64,000 bases of DNA from an uncultured Planctomycetales bacterium (GCA_964478715.1 CAYZIY010000001.1:149196-213195); one strand, 5' to 3'; numbered from the stretch's first letter, positions 1-10,583 are shown. Notes: generated by a model not told the origin, from the sequence alone. Made by a program: numbers and translations.

Positions 1-3
1 TCT

Positions 4-306
4 TTGATAAGGATTGATTTTATTTTTTCTTTTTCATTCTATGAACAACAAGCGATAAAAAGAGCTAAGAAAGTTGATGTCATAAACTATCCTGTGAAAT
101 TTGCCTCACTGGAAGATATTATTGTCCATAAAATTCTGGCGGGCCGGGCGATTGACGAAGAAGACGTTAAGAGTATTATTATCAAAAATAAGAACAGAAT
201 TAACCAGGATTATATTAAGCGATGGCTTTCAGAATTCAAAAACATTGCAGAATATTCGGGCGCGGTAAAGAAATTCAAAAAAATTTTAAAACAAACAGCA
301 GATTAA
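4..306 (+). CDS. C-terminal part of a nucleotidyltransferase-like protein (DUF6036/AbiEii-like), probably truncated by the window start
   Basis: RIDFIF...ASLEDIIVHKILAGRAIDEEDV resembles the 'EDL...K..AGR..D..D' motif of small NTase-fold proteins; AT-rich. Confidence 0.55.
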   Translation: MIRIDFIFSFSFYEQQAIKRAKKVDVINYPVKFASLEDIIVHKILAGRAIDEEDVKSIIIKNKNRINQDYIKRWLSEFKNIAEYSGAVKKFKKILKQTAD

Positions 307-329
307 AAAACTCTTCCCGCATATTCCTA

Positions 330-358
330 TTGGCAAAACAGCCTTCCTTTGTTACAAT
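330..358 (+). promoter_or_regulatory. sigma70-type promoter for the acyl-CoA synthetase
   Basis: TTGGCA-N17-TACAAT with TG extension, 35 nt before the ATG at 394. Confidence 0.5.
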
Positions 359-393
359 ACTTTCCTTAAACCAATAGAATAAATTTTTCATCC

Positions 394-2469
394 ATGACGC
401 AGATATCTTCAGCTTCAGCAAAAAATCTTCAGGCGCTCTTTAAGCCCCAAAGCGTGGCTGTGATCGGCGCTTCGGCTCATCCGCAGAAAATCGGACATAA
501 GATATTAAAAAATATTATCAACGGCGGATTTACCGGCGAGATCTATCCTGTCCATCCCAAAGAAAAAGAAATTCTGGGGAAAAAGGTTTTCGCTCATCTC
601 AAGGACATTCCGCAAGAAATCGACTATGCCATTATCGCCATTCCCTCGCTTTTGGTGATTCCGACCCTGGAAGAGTGCGGAAAAAATAAAGTCAAAAGTG
701 TGGCCATTATCACCTCCGGTTTTGGCGAAGTCGGCAAAACCAGGGAAGAGGAAAAGATCAAAGAGATCGCCGATCAATACGGCATGGCTCTGCTGGGGCC
801 CAATATGCTGGGCACGGTTTACACGCCTTCAAATCTCAATGCCAGTTTTGGGCCGCCGACGGTACTGCCCGGGAAAATCGCTTTTATCTCTCAGAGCGGC
901 GCCCTGGCGATTGCCCTGATGGGCTGGACCGTGATGGAGCAAATCGGGCTGGCCTCATTGGTGAGCTTCGGCAACAAGGCCGATATTCAGGAAAAAGAGC
1001 TGATTGAATATTTTAATGAGGATGAAAATGTGAATTCTATCCTGATCTACATGGAAGGCCTCAAAGACGGCCGGGCGTTTATGGAGACAAAGGTAAAAAA
1101 GCCGGTGGTCATGCTGAAGGTCGGCTCAAGCCAGCGCGGAGCCAAGGCCGCGGCCTCGCACACCGGATCCTTAGCCGGATCGGATAAAATTTTTAGCGCC
1201 GCGTTTAAACAGCTGGGCATTTTGCGCGCCCATACCTTTGATCAGGCTTTTAACTGGGCGCGCACATTTACCCTGCCGATTCCTCAGGGCGAGGAGACGG
1301 TGATCATCACCAACGGCGGTGGCATCGGGGTGACATCCACCGATCAATGTGAATTTGTCGGCATCAAGCTCATGGATGATCCCGACTGGCTTGAAGAAAA
1401 ATTCCGTTCGACCATGCCGGATTTCGGAAGCAGTAAAAATCCGATCGATATCACCGGTCAGGGACGGGTGGAGGAATACCGCAAGGCCGTTCATGTGGCT
1501 TTAAACGAAGACCGTATCAAGGCCGCGATTATTCTTTATTGCGAAACCGCCGTAGCCGATGCCAAGGAAATCGCTCGGGCGATCGAAGAAGAATATGGCA
1601 AGATTGGGCGCAACAAGCCGATGGTGGTCACTATGGTCGGCGGAGAGAATGTGCGCGAAGCCATTTATTATCTTAACAGCAAACATATTCCGGCCTTTAG
1701 CGCGGTCAATGAGGCGGTTTCATCATTAAAGGTTCTTTTTGACTGGCAGGCGATCGCCAATCGTGAAAAGGAAACCGTTAAGATTGACAGCCCTCCGCAG
1801 GAGGCGCTGGATATCATTGGAGACATCAAGAAAGAAAAGCGAGAGGTTTTAATGGAGCATGAGGCGCGAAAAGTTTTAGAGCTTTGTGGTGTTCCCATGC
1901 CCAAATGGGGATTTGCCACCAGCTGTGAGGAAGCGGTCACTCAAGCCAAGGATATGTATCCGCTGGCCATGAAGATTGCCTCTCCCGATATCATTCACAA
2001 ATCCGATGTGGGAGGCGTGGTTGTTAATATTAGGGATGAAGAACAATTGAAAACGGAATATAACCAAATGATGGAACGGATCAAAATGCGCCAGCCGGAA
2101 GCCAAGATTTTGGGCGTGAATCTAATCCAGATGGTCAAAGGGATCGAGTGCATCATCGGCTTAAGCCAGGATCCTCAATTCGGTCCCACGGTAATGTTTG
2201 GGCTAGGCGGGGTATTGGTTGAGGCCCTTAAAGATGTGTCTTTCCGGATCGTTCCTTTCGGCAAGCTGGAGGCCGAGCGTCTTTTGGGCGATATCAAAGG
2301 ACGAAAGATCCTCAAAGGTTTTCGCGGGATGAAAGCCGATCAAACCACTTTGATCCAAACGATGATGGCCATTCAAAAACTCGCCTTTCACGTTAAAGAA
2401 ATCGACATCAATCCTCTGATGACCAGCAACGACGGGAGTTACGCGGTCGATGCCAGGATTATCCTTTAG
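394..2469 (+). CDS. acdAB: ADP-forming acetate/acyl-CoA ligase, fused alpha+beta subunits
   Basis: CoA-binding N-terminus (VAVIGAS..KIG), SQSGA, phospho-His motif AASHTGSLAG, NPIDITG, C-terminal ATP-grasp (HKSDVGGV, DPQFGP, EIDINPL); no GNAT domain. Confidence 0.9.
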   Translation: MTQISSASAKNLQALFKPQSVAVIGASAHPQKIGHKILKNIINGGFTGEIYPVHPKEKEILGKKVFAHLKDIPQEIDYAIIAIPSLLVIPTLEECGKNKVKSVAIITSGFGEVGKTREEEKIKEIADQYGMALLGPNMLGTVYTPSNLNASFGPPTVLPGKIAFISQSGALAIALMGWTVMEQIGLASLVSFGNKADIQEKELIEYFNEDENVNSILIYMEGLKDGRAFMETKVKKPVVMLKVGSSQRGAKAAASHTGSLAGSDKIFSAAFKQLGILRAHTFDQAFNWARTFTLPIPQGEETVIITNGGGIGVTSTDQCEFVGIKLMDDPDWLEEKFRSTMPDFGSSKNPIDITGQGRVEEYRKAVHVALNEDRIKAAIILYCETAVADAKEIARAIEEEYGKIGRNKPMVVTMVGGENVREAIYYLNSKHIPAFSAVNEAVSSLKVLFDWQAIANREKETVKIDSPPQEALDIIGDIKKEKREVLMEHEARKVLELCGVPMPKWGFATSCEEAVTQAKDMYPLAMKIASPDIIHKSDVGGVVVNIRDEEQLKTEYNQMMERIKMRQPEAKILGVNLIQMVKGIECIIGLSQDPQFGPTVMFGLGGVLVEALKDVSFRIVPFGKLEAERLLGDIKGRKILKGFRGMKADQTTLIQTMMAIQKLAFHVKEIDINPLMTSNDGSYAVDARIIL

Positions 2470-3586
2470 AAAAAAAGTTATTCCTTTCTTTTTATTCGTC
2501 TTAATCTTTTTCTGCAGCGGATGCATCCGGTCCCAGGAGCATCTGATCGTGACCGATGACGGGTCTGGAACTCTTGCGGCCCAGATCTTTGTACCTCAAG
2601 GGACAGTGATGATCGTTGATCAAATGCTTGGCGGCATGATGCGCGGCATGCAAAAGGCCTTTGGCGGTCAGCAGAATGAAATGTCCGGGAGTATCGCCGA
2701 AGAAATGTTTGGAAGCCAGGAGGGGATGCAGAAAGCCGCAGATCGAGCCGGCTGCCAGATCAACTTTCTCGATTTTCGCAAACGCAAAACCCAAGACGGA
2801 TTGACTGTCAGCTATACGTTTGAATTTGACGATGTGGCGAAATTGGGGCGCAGCGGGATTTTGAGCATGAAAATGAACATCGAGAAAACTCCCGGCGGCC
2901 TTTGGGTTGTCAGCCCCATGGAATCACCGGAGAAAATCCAGGAATCCACCAGTCAGATGCAGGCCTTTGAGGAATTTCAGAAAACAGGGGATTTTACCGG
3001 CATGCAAAAAGCTCAGCAGCAGATGGTTGAAAAAGCTTTTCAGGATTTAAAAATTGTTTTTCTTCTTCAGTTTCCCGGAAGAATTTCGCAGGTCAGCGGG
3101 ATATTTGAGCGGGAAGACGCCCGGACAGCGCGCATTACCATCAGCGGAGATTTACTCAAAGATCCGACCATAGTTCAAAAGATTTACGGGATGGACAGCG
3201 GCAATTCCCAGGCGGTGTGGTCTGCCACAGGAAAAAGGGCGGATGCTTCAGCCCGGCCGCCGCAAAGGCAAACCCGACGGAAAGAAAAACGCGAGAGGCT
3301 TGATTATTGGGGTGATCGGGAGGATGGTTTTGTTGTCTATGAGAGAAATCAAAAAGACATGCCGGTTTGGGGTGATCCGAAGAGTCCTCAACCGCAGAGT
3401 CCGCCAATGCAGAACCAAAACCAGAATCCGTCATCTGCTTGGAAAACGATTAGTTTGAAAAACGGGAGTCAAGTCAAAGGCCGCCTAGTCAATGAAACCG
3501 AAGATTTCATCACGCTCAGCGTGCGGGGCGTGGAAGTGAAATATTATCGGGATGAATTCACATCTGCAGAAAATCTGCCGGAATAA
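2450..3586 (+). CDS. putative lipoprotein of unknown function
   Basis: Basic N-terminus, hydrophobic stretch and lipobox-like FCSG-C; Gln/Pro linker; small C-terminal beta domain (ISLKNGSQVKGRL). Confidence 0.6.
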   Translation: MPGLSFRKKVIPFFLFVLIFFCSGCIRSQEHLIVTDDGSGTLAAQIFVPQGTVMIVDQMLGGMMRGMQKAFGGQQNEMSGSIAEEMFGSQEGMQKAADRAGCQINFLDFRKRKTQDGLTVSYTFEFDDVAKLGRSGILSMKMNIEKTPGGLWVVSPMESPEKIQESTSQMQAFEEFQKTGDFTGMQKAQQQMVEKAFQDLKIVFLLQFPGRISQVSGIFEREDARTARITISGDLLKDPTIVQKIYGMDSGNSQAVWSATGKRADASARPPQRQTRRKEKRERLDYWGDREDGFVVYERNQKDMPVWGDPKSPQPQSPPMQNQNQNPSSAWKTISLKNGSQVKGRLVNETEDFITLSVRGVEVKYYRDEFTSAENLPE

Positions 3587-3701
3587 CCAATAACCAAGAC
3601 ACAAGTCATACCCAAATTCCAATACCCATTTACCTTGCTGCAGAATGCCAGTTTTTCCGTTCTTGGCGGAGCGGGCGCCAGGGGCGTGCATGAAATGCTG
3701 C

Positions 3702-4604
3702 TTAGAAGTTGTACACCACAGATGAAATTATTCTAAAATCATTCTTTTTGGTTTCTGCCGACGGATGTGAATTATATTCATCGATAAAGCTCAAACGCAG
3801 CGCCGTACGGTCACTGAAATTGTTTGTCAGACTGCTTTCTGAATAAAAGCGGTACTCGCCAAAATCACTCAATGACGGATAGAGCGTTATCTGTTGGCTA
3901 AAGACCAGATTTTTCAACAAGGTTTTTTCAAAGAAAGCCCGGGGAACCAAAATGGCCTCATGGGAGTTTTCCGTTTCATCCCGGTAATTCGTATGCTCAT
4001 AACCGAGGCCGATTTCGGCCATGGCTTTCAAAGGCGGCTGATCGCTGAACCAGTAGCCGATACCGGTTGAAGGGGTGAGACGATAGTTGATATTAGCAAA
4101 TCGGTCGCGGCTGCCTTCGAGCTTGGTGAAGTGATACCACTTAAGAGAATCGGAGAAACTATAGGCATAACGAATCAGTCCGCGATAGTACTGGGTATCC
4201 ATCTTCTGGTCGGAGGAGCCATAAATGCCGGAGGCTTCAAAATTGAATTCATTGTCCTTAGTTTTTCTATGCATTTTAAGCGCGGCTTCACCGGCCTGGT
4301 TTTCGGTATTGCCTCCGGTTTGGCTGTAGCCGAGAGAAATTTCATTATTCCAGAGGTTCTGGGGCGGCTCAGCTTGCATTTCCTCCTTTGGGAAAACAGA
4401 TCCGCTACTGTCTTTTAGATGATCTTTGCTGATGGTCAGTGTGCCCAGAATTTCGGATTGCACGACAATCTCTTTTCCAGAGTCCATCACAATGTTTCCG
4501 CTGATCCGGTCTCCGTTTGTGAGAATAATTTCTTTGGCCGAGGCCCTGCTCACAAGAAGACAGCAACAGAGGATGGATAATAAAACAGTAGTAATGATTT
4601 TCAT
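3702..4604 (-). CDS. DUF481/YdiY-family outer-membrane beta-barrel protein
   Basis: Signal peptide, LGYSQTGGNT, DRFANINYR..GIGY, amphipathic strands, C-terminal YNF (BAM signal). Confidence 0.85.
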   Translation of the reverse strand: MKIITTVLLSILCCCLLVSRASAKEIILTNGDRISGNIVMDSGKEIVVQSEILGTLTISKDHLKDSSGSVFPKEEMQAEPPQNLWNNEISLGYSQTGGNTENQAGEAALKMHRKTKDNEFNFEASGIYGSSDQKMDTQYYRGLIRYAYSFSDSLKWYHFTKLEGSRDRFANINYRLTPSTGIGYWFSDQPPLKAMAEIGLGYEHTNYRDETENSHEAILVPRAFFEKTLLKNLVFSQQITLYPSLSDFGEYRFYSESSLTNNFSDRTALRLSFIDEYNSHPSAETKKNDFRIISSVVYNF

Positions 4605-4642
4605 AAGAATACTCCTTTTTGATAGTGATTTTTATGGTCGTT

Positions 4643-4670
4643 ATTATAATACAGCCTTAATCAAAGTCAA
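4643..4670 (-). promoter_or_regulatory. sigma70-type promoter for the DUF481 gene
   Basis: Minus strand TTGACT-N16-TATAAT upstream of the start at 4604. Confidence 0.5.
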
Positions 4671-4814
4671 ATTTTGCAAAATGCCGGCTCCAGACGTAAA
4701 GTCCGCTAAAGTGGTTTACTTCATTTTCCGGCTATAATATAATACTGACAACTTGATCACAAGGGTGTTTTATGACCAAGCGCTTGAAAGAAGCTTGAAA
4801 CAGAAAATCAGCAT

Positions 4815-6728
4815 ATGAAAAATCTCTCGGCCAATAAACTTCTGGAAGAATTCATGAATACCGTTCCGGATGTTGTCTATATCAAAGACAAAAAGGGGCG
4901 GTTTTTGTTTGTCAATGAGGCCCATGCCCGCGGGGCAGGATGCAGGCCCAAAGAGCTGATCGGTAAAACCGATTATGATATCTTTCCGAAAGAAAAAGCC
5001 CGGCGCATGGCTAAAGACGATGAATTTGTTTTTACAAAAGGCAAGTCGATCATCGATAAAATCGAGCGTTCCACCCGCGTGGACGGGGTGGATAACTATG
5101 TGTCCACCACCAAGATACCCCGCTTTGATACCAAAAGGAGGGTGATCGGCTTGATCGGTATGACCCGCGATGTGACACGGCGTGTACGTCGCGAGCGTCT
5201 GCATCAGCGGCGGGCCCGCCGCGAGCAGAAAATCGAGATGCTTTCGGATTTCAATGAGATGAAAAGCGAATTCGTCTCCACCGTTTCGCATGAAATCAAA
5301 ACGCCTTTGGCCATCATCAAACAGCTCGTACTTTTGCTGTTAAATGAAAACGTGGGTAGTGTCAGCCAGCGTCAGAGAGAGGCCCTGGTTAAAGCGTCTA
5401 AAAATTTGGATCGCCTGCAAAGCACGGTCGATAAACTGCTGGATATTTCCAAAATCGAAGGCAAACGTTTGACCCTGCGCTATTCTTTGGTCAACATTAA
5501 TACCCTGCTTAAAGATTCCGAGAAGTTCTTCAAGGAATTGGCGGCGGAGAAAAATATCCGGCTGCGCTATCATTATCCCCAAAAAGAGGTGAATCTCTTT
5601 GTCGATGCCGACCGGATCGTTCAGATTTTAACCAATCTGGTCAACAATGCCATCAAATTCACCGAAGAGCACGGGCACATTGATGTCAAAATCGATGTCC
5701 TTGAGACCAAAGTGCGTATTGGGGTGATCGATTCCGGTGAGGGGATTGCGCCTTTGGATATTCCCCACGTCTTTGAAAAATTCACCCAGATGACCAAAGA
5801 CTCAAAGAAGGCCGGTCGGGGCATCGGTTTGGGGCTGTCCATTGTCCGAGAGCTCGTTGAGCGCCATGGCGGGGAAATATGGGTGGAATCTAAATTGGGG
5901 CTGGGCAGTCAATTTTATTTTACCCTGCCGCGTTTTTATACGGCCCAGCTTTTGGGAAAGCGTGTCAAAGACAATATCAAAAGATATCTGCAGAGAAGGC
6001 AGTCTGTCTGCCTGGTCAATATTTTGATTGTCAACTACGAGGAGTTCCGCAAGAAAATCGGCTTAAGCTCAGCGATAATGCAGCGGCATTGGAAAAAGCT
6101 GATCAAAGATGTTTGCGGAAGCCTTTCGCTATCCTCGGACAATATCAAAAACATCGCCGCCTTGAACATGGGCAAAGGCAAATACAGCGTGCTCTTTCCC
6201 AATATAAAGGAAGAGATCGTTAATGGATTTTGCCGCAGACTGCGTGATACCACCAAAAGATATTTTACTGAAAGAAAAATGGACGATGTTTTTATTGCTT
6301 TGGGAATCTTATCTTATCCTTCTACTTCAAAAGCAAAGACGCGGGACATGGCTCCGGAGATGGGCATTCGGGAAATGTATATCGGCGCCGAAGTGCGCCG
6401 GTTTAAGCGCATCAAATATAAAACAAAGCTCAATGTTATTTCGCCTTTAAAAAAGAAAGCGAAATGCGAAACTGTTGATCTTTCCCAGGGCGGCTTGTGT
6501 TTTATCGCTCCAATGAAATTGAAAACTGATGAGAAAATAACGGTGCGCCTGCGGATTTTGAAACGAAATAAATGGATCACCGCCAAAGGCCGGGTGTCCT
6601 GGATCAAGCAGTGCGATCCTCAGCCCGGGCGGCTGATCGATGTTTATCGAATCGGATTGGAGTTTATTGATCTTAAGGCAACAGACCGGAAAATGCTTTT
6701 AAAGGAGCTGAAGCTGTATTATGAGTAA
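4815..6728 (+). CDS. cytoplasmic PAS sensor histidine kinase with degenerate GGDEF-like region and C-terminal PilZ domain
   Basis: PAS (ELIGKTDYDIFP), H-box VSHEIKTPL, N-box NLVNNAIKF, G-boxes, then RRFKR...DLSQGG PilZ motifs. Confidence 0.85.
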   Translation: MKNLSANKLLEEFMNTVPDVVYIKDKKGRFLFVNEAHARGAGCRPKELIGKTDYDIFPKEKARRMAKDDEFVFTKGKSIIDKIERSTRVDGVDNYVSTTKIPRFDTKRRVIGLIGMTRDVTRRVRRERLHQRRARREQKIEMLSDFNEMKSEFVSTVSHEIKTPLAIIKQLVLLLLNENVGSVSQRQREALVKASKNLDRLQSTVDKLLDISKIEGKRLTLRYSLVNINTLLKDSEKFFKELAAEKNIRLRYHYPQKEVNLFVDADRIVQILTNLVNNAIKFTEEHGHIDVKIDVLETKVRIGVIDSGEGIAPLDIPHVFEKFTQMTKDSKKAGRGIGLGLSIVRELVERHGGEIWVESKLGLGSQFYFTLPRFYTAQLLGKRVKDNIKRYLQRRQSVCLVNILIVNYEEFRKKIGLSSAIMQRHWKKLIKDVCGSLSLSSDNIKNIAALNMGKGKYSVLFPNIKEEIVNGFCRRLRDTTKRYFTERKMDDVFIALGILSYPSTSKAKTRDMAPEMGIREMYIGAEVRRFKRIKYKTKLNVISPLKKKAKCETVDLSQGGLCFIAPMKLKTDEKITVRLRILKRNKWITAKGRVSWIKQCDPQPGRLIDVYRIGLEFIDLKATDRKMLLKELKLYYE

Positions 6729-7104
6729 AAAAAAGATTCTTCTGGTGGATGATGAAGAGGATATGGTTTATGCTGTGCGTCTGCAGCTCGAATCCAACGG
6801 CTATCAGGTGAGCGTGGCGCAAGACGGTAAGACTGCTTTAGAAAAGGCCCGCAGCGAAAAACCAGATTGTATGATTCTTGATGTTATGCTTCCTAAGATC
6901 GACGGTTATAAAGTCTGCCGGATGTTAAAATTCGACGAGAAATATCAAAAGATCCCCGTTATTCTTTTTACGGCCAGGGGCCAGAAGGCCGATGAGCAGG
7001 TGGGCTATGAAGTCGGGGCCGATGCCTATTTGACCAAACCCTTTGATCCCGATAAACTGCTTTCAAAAATCAATGAGCTGCTTAAGACAAAAGATACCTC
7101 ATGA
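6721..7104 (+). CDS. single-domain response regulator (receiver)
   Basis: LVDDE, ILDVMLP, FTA, YLTKPF. Confidence 0.92.
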   Translation: MSKKKILLVDDEEDMVYAVRLQLESNGYQVSVAQDGKTALEKARSEKPDCMILDVMLPKIDGYKVCRMLKFDEKYQKIPVILFTARGQKADEQVGYEVGADAYLTKPFDPDKLLSKINELLKTKDTS

Positions 7105-8795
7105 GTGATTTTCCCCGTAGAGAAAGAGAATTGATCGATCTGCTTTTAAAAGAAAAGCTGATCAACGAAGACATGCTCAATCAGGCTCGAGAGGAGACCC
7201 AAAAGACGGGTTTAAGTGTGATGCGGGCTTTAGAGAAACTCGGCTTCGTGGTGGATGATAATCTTTTAAAGATTCAGGCCGAGGCGCTGGGCGTGCCCTA
7301 TATGGATGTGGCCGATTATCAGATCGACAAGCAGTTGATCAAGGCCCTTCCTAAGGATGGGGCTCAAAAATTCAAAGCCGTACCGCTTTTTAAAATCGGA
7401 CAGAATTTAACCGTGGGCATGCTCGATCCGCAGGATGTCCTGGCCTTGGATGAGATACGTAAAATCTCAGGCATGGAAACGGTCGAGCCCGTTTTGATTT
7501 CCGAGCGCGGTTTTCAGCGGGTGATCGATGTGTTTTACGGGGCGCAAGATTCTCTGCAGGCTTTGATCAGCGCTATTGAGCGCGATCAGAAAATCCAGAA
7601 GCAGGGACGCAGTCTCACCGAGATCGCCGAAGAGGCTCCGGTGATCAAATTGGTGAATGCGATTTTCTTAGAGGCCATGCGCTTAAGGGCCTCAGATATC
7701 CATATTGAACCCGAAGAAGATTATGTCCGGATTCGCTTAAGGATCGATGGGGTTTTAAGGGAGTTGATTCAGATGCCGAAATCGATTCAAAGTCTGGTGA
7801 CCTCACGCGTCAAAATTCTCTCGACGATGGATATTGCCGAGTCGCGCCGGCCGCAGGACGGGCGTATCCAGCTGGAGCTTGAGGACAAACAGCTTGACGT
7901 GAGGGTTTCCACATTTCCGACGATTCACGGCGAGAATGTGGTGATGCGTCTGCTTGAAAAATCTTCCGTTTTATTCGGGCTTAAAGATATCGGTTTTGGA
8001 GAAAAAGAACTTAAGGCCTTTGAGCAGGTGATCCAAAGGCCCTACGGGATTATTTTCATTACCGGTCCGACGGGAAGCGGTAAAACCACGACCCTTTATT
8101 CGGCGCTGACAACCATCAGCTCGATGGAAAAAAATATCGTCACAATCGAAGATCCGGTAGAATATGAGCTTCCCTTGATCCGCCAGACCCAGGTCAATCC
8201 TAAGGCGAATGTCACCTTCTCTAACGGTCTGCGCAGTATTTTGCGGCAGGATCCGGATGTGATTATGGTCGGGGAAATCCGCGATAAGGAAACCGCCGAG
8301 ATCGCGATTCAGGCGGCCTTGACTGGCCATCTGGTTTTCTCCACCTTGCATACCAATGATGCGACATCCGCCTTGACGCGCTTGATTGATATGGGTGTTG
8401 AGCCGTTTCTGATTGCCACCTCCACGATCGGTATTTTGGCACAGCGTCTGGTGCGCGAAATCTGTCCGAAATGTAAAGAAGAATTCAAGCCGCCCAAAGA
8501 ATTGCTTAAAGATCTGGGATTGAGGGTGAGCGCGAAATCCAAGGATTCCTTCTATAAAGGAAAGGGATGTCCGGCTTGTCATCAGACAGGCTATTTAGGG
8601 CGCAGCGGCATTTTTGAGCTGCTTTTGATCGATGAAGATATCCGCCGGATGACCGAAGAAAGAAAATCCACGGATGATATCAAGAAGAAGGCTCTTAGCC
8701 AAGAGATGATTACGCTTAAAGAAAACGGGCTTAAAAAAGCACGCCAAGGAATCACGACGATTGAGGAAGTGCTGAGAGTAACGGAGGTTGTATAA
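7101..8795 (+). CDS. pilB: type IV pilus/T2SS extension ATPase (PilB/GspE), cassette 1
   Basis: ASDIHIEP, RRPQDGR, GPTGSGKT, LRQDPD, GHLVFSTLH, tetracysteine Zn motif. Confidence 0.92.
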   Translation: MSDFPRRERELIDLLLKEKLINEDMLNQAREETQKTGLSVMRALEKLGFVVDDNLLKIQAEALGVPYMDVADYQIDKQLIKALPKDGAQKFKAVPLFKIGQNLTVGMLDPQDVLALDEIRKISGMETVEPVLISERGFQRVIDVFYGAQDSLQALISAIERDQKIQKQGRSLTEIAEEAPVIKLVNAIFLEAMRLRASDIHIEPEEDYVRIRLRIDGVLRELIQMPKSIQSLVTSRVKILSTMDIAESRRPQDGRIQLELEDKQLDVRVSTFPTIHGENVVMRLLEKSSVLFGLKDIGFGEKELKAFEQVIQRPYGIIFITGPTGSGKTTTLYSALTTISSMEKNIVTIEDPVEYELPLIRQTQVNPKANVTFSNGLRSILRQDPDVIMVGEIRDKETAEIAIQAALTGHLVFSTLHTNDATSALTRLIDMGVEPFLIATSTIGILAQRLVREICPKCKEEFKPPKELLKDLGLRVSAKSKDSFYKGKGCPACHQTGYLGRSGIFELLLIDEDIRRMTEERKSTDDIKKKALSQEMITLKENGLKKARQGITTIEEVLRVTEVV

Positions 8796-8833
8796 AAACA
8801 TGAAAGCTCTAAATCCTAAGTTCTAAGGAAAAG

Positions 8834-10048
8834 ATGCCTACTTATCAATATAAAGCCAGAACGCAGGACGGGAAATCCATCCAGGGACTCATGGGAGCCG
8901 ACAGCGAACAGGCCGTGGCCTCTAAATTAGAAGCCATGGGGCATTTGCCGATCGATATCCGCCTGCTTAAGGAAAAAACTGAGGGGCCGTCATTTTTCGA
9001 CCGTTTTAAAAGAGTCAGCTTTGAGGATTTGAATCTTTTTACCCGTCAGCTGGCCACGCTCCAGCGGGCGGGCATTCCGCTTTTAACCAGTCTCGGGTCT
9101 CTTAAAGAGCAGGCCGCCAATTATCAGCTAAAAAAAACAATCGAGGTGATTATCCGGGATGTCGAAGGCGGTTCTTCCTTATCGGGGGCGCTTGAGCGTC
9201 ATCCCGTTGTTTTTTCTGCCCTTTATGTCAATATGGTGCGCTCCGGAGAAATGTCGGGGCAACTGCCTGAGGTCTTAAACCGTTTGGCGACTTTAGGAGA
9301 ACACGACGAGAAAATCCGGCGGCAGATCAGCGCGGCGATGCGCTATCCGGCCATTGTGGTCGCGGCTATGATTATCGGCTTTATGGTTCTCATTGTTTTT
9401 GTTATGCCGCGTTTTATCAACATCTACGGGCAATACAATACCGCTTTGCCTATGCCGACGCAGATTATGATTGGTCTTAGTGTCATCACAAAAGAATTTT
9501 GGTGGCTTCTGTTGGGGCTTTTGGCTATTGCTATTTTTCTTTTTAAAAGTTATAAAGAATCAACGTCAGGCCGGAAAGTAACCGACGAGATCAAGCTGAA
9601 GATTCCTGTTTTCGGTCCTTTGATGCATAAACTTTTGATGTCGCGGTTTTGCCGGGCCACAGGGACGCTTTTAAAAAGCGGCGTGCCGATTTTACAGATA
9701 CTGGAATTAAACAAGGCAGGCGCGGGCAATGTGAAATTGGGCGAGACCATTGATCAGGTGATTCAAAGCGTGAAAGAAGGGAAGGGCATGGCGGAGCCGA
9801 TGAAACAAAGCGGATGCTTCCCGGTCATCGTTACCCAGATGGTCTCTGTCGGTGAGGAGAGCGGCCGGCTGGATGAATTGATGATTTATGCCTCGGATTA
9901 TTATGATCTTCTGATTGATCACACCATTAAAAATCTGGTGTCCTTGATTGAGCCGCTTCTGATCTTTGTGCTGGGCATTGCCGTTTTGTTTATGGCCCTG
10001 GGCATTTTTATGCCGATGTGGAATTTGATGCAATTGTTTAAAAGATAA
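8834..10048 (+). CDS. pilC: inner-membrane platform protein (PilC/GspF), cassette 1
   Basis: FTRQLATL..AG.P, GE.SG.L, MRYP, VGEESG.LD, IEP. Confidence 0.92.
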   Translation: MPTYQYKARTQDGKSIQGLMGADSEQAVASKLEAMGHLPIDIRLLKEKTEGPSFFDRFKRVSFEDLNLFTRQLATLQRAGIPLLTSLGSLKEQAANYQLKKTIEVIIRDVEGGSSLSGALERHPVVFSALYVNMVRSGEMSGQLPEVLNRLATLGEHDEKIRRQISAAMRYPAIVVAAMIIGFMVLIVFVMPRFINIYGQYNTALPMPTQIMIGLSVITKEFWWLLLGLLAIAIFLFKSYKESTSGRKVTDEIKLKIPVFGPLMHKLLMSRFCRATGTLLKSGVPILQILELNKAGAGNVKLGETIDQVIQSVKEGKGMAEPMKQSGCFPVIVTQMVSVGEESGRLDELMIYASDYYDLLIDHTIKNLVSLIEPLLIFVLGIAVLFMALGIFMPMWNLMQLFKR

Positions 10049-10066
10049 AGAAATCGGTTTTTGTGT

Positions 10067-10095
10067 TTGTCAAAGATTTTCGGCTTGAGTATAAT
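10067..10095 (+). promoter_or_regulatory. internal sigma70 promoter for the pilin gene
   Basis: TTGTCA-N17-TATAAT followed by RBS AGGAGG at 10121. Confidence 0.65.
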
Positions 10096-10135
10096 GAAAA
10101 GTAGTTCAACAAACAATATAAGGAGGAGGGACGGT

Positions 10136-10558
10136 ATGAAGAGAGGTCGAAGCGGTTTTACATTGATCGAAATCATCATGGTGATCATTATTCTGGGCAT
10201 TCTGGCGGCGGTGGCGATTCCGCGGTTTACGAACTTGCAGCAAAATGCCTTGGATGCTGCCGAGCAAGGTGTTGTAGGTGGTGTGCGGGCGGGGATCTCA
10301 ACTGTCAGAGCAAGCAATTTGGCCAATGGGGTCACGCCGGCGATACCGGCCACATTAGACGGTCTTGCAGCTGGAACAACATGCTCAACAGCAAATCCCT
10401 GTTTTACCAATGTTCTCGACCAGGGCGGTATTACCGACGGGAATTGGATTAAGGTGAATGACACAACTTATACATCTCAAACGGGAGCCAATCAAAGTAC
10501 TTATACTTATAATCCTGCGACAGGAACATTTTTGTGTACCGCGGGCTCTTGTCCGTAA
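10136..10558 (+). CDS. probable major type IV pilin (MshA/PilA-like)
   Basis: Leader MKRGRSG|FTLIE, hydrophobic helix, two Cys pairs; own promoter, strong RBS and terminator. Confidence 0.85.
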   Translation: MKRGRSGFTLIEIIMVIIILGILAAVAIPRFTNLQQNALDAAEQGVVGGVRAGISTVRASNLANGVTPAIPATLDGLAAGTTCSTANPCFTNVLDQGGITDGNWIKVNDTTYTSQTGANQSTYTYNPATGTFLCTAGSCP

Positions 10559-10583
10559 AATGATCGATGAGGGTTGCTAGCCC

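Noticed and set aside
4588-4606. Fur-box-like GTAATGATTTTCATAA at the DUF481 start
   Set aside because: Partial match that coincides with the coding start (MKIIT on the minus strand); insufficient alone
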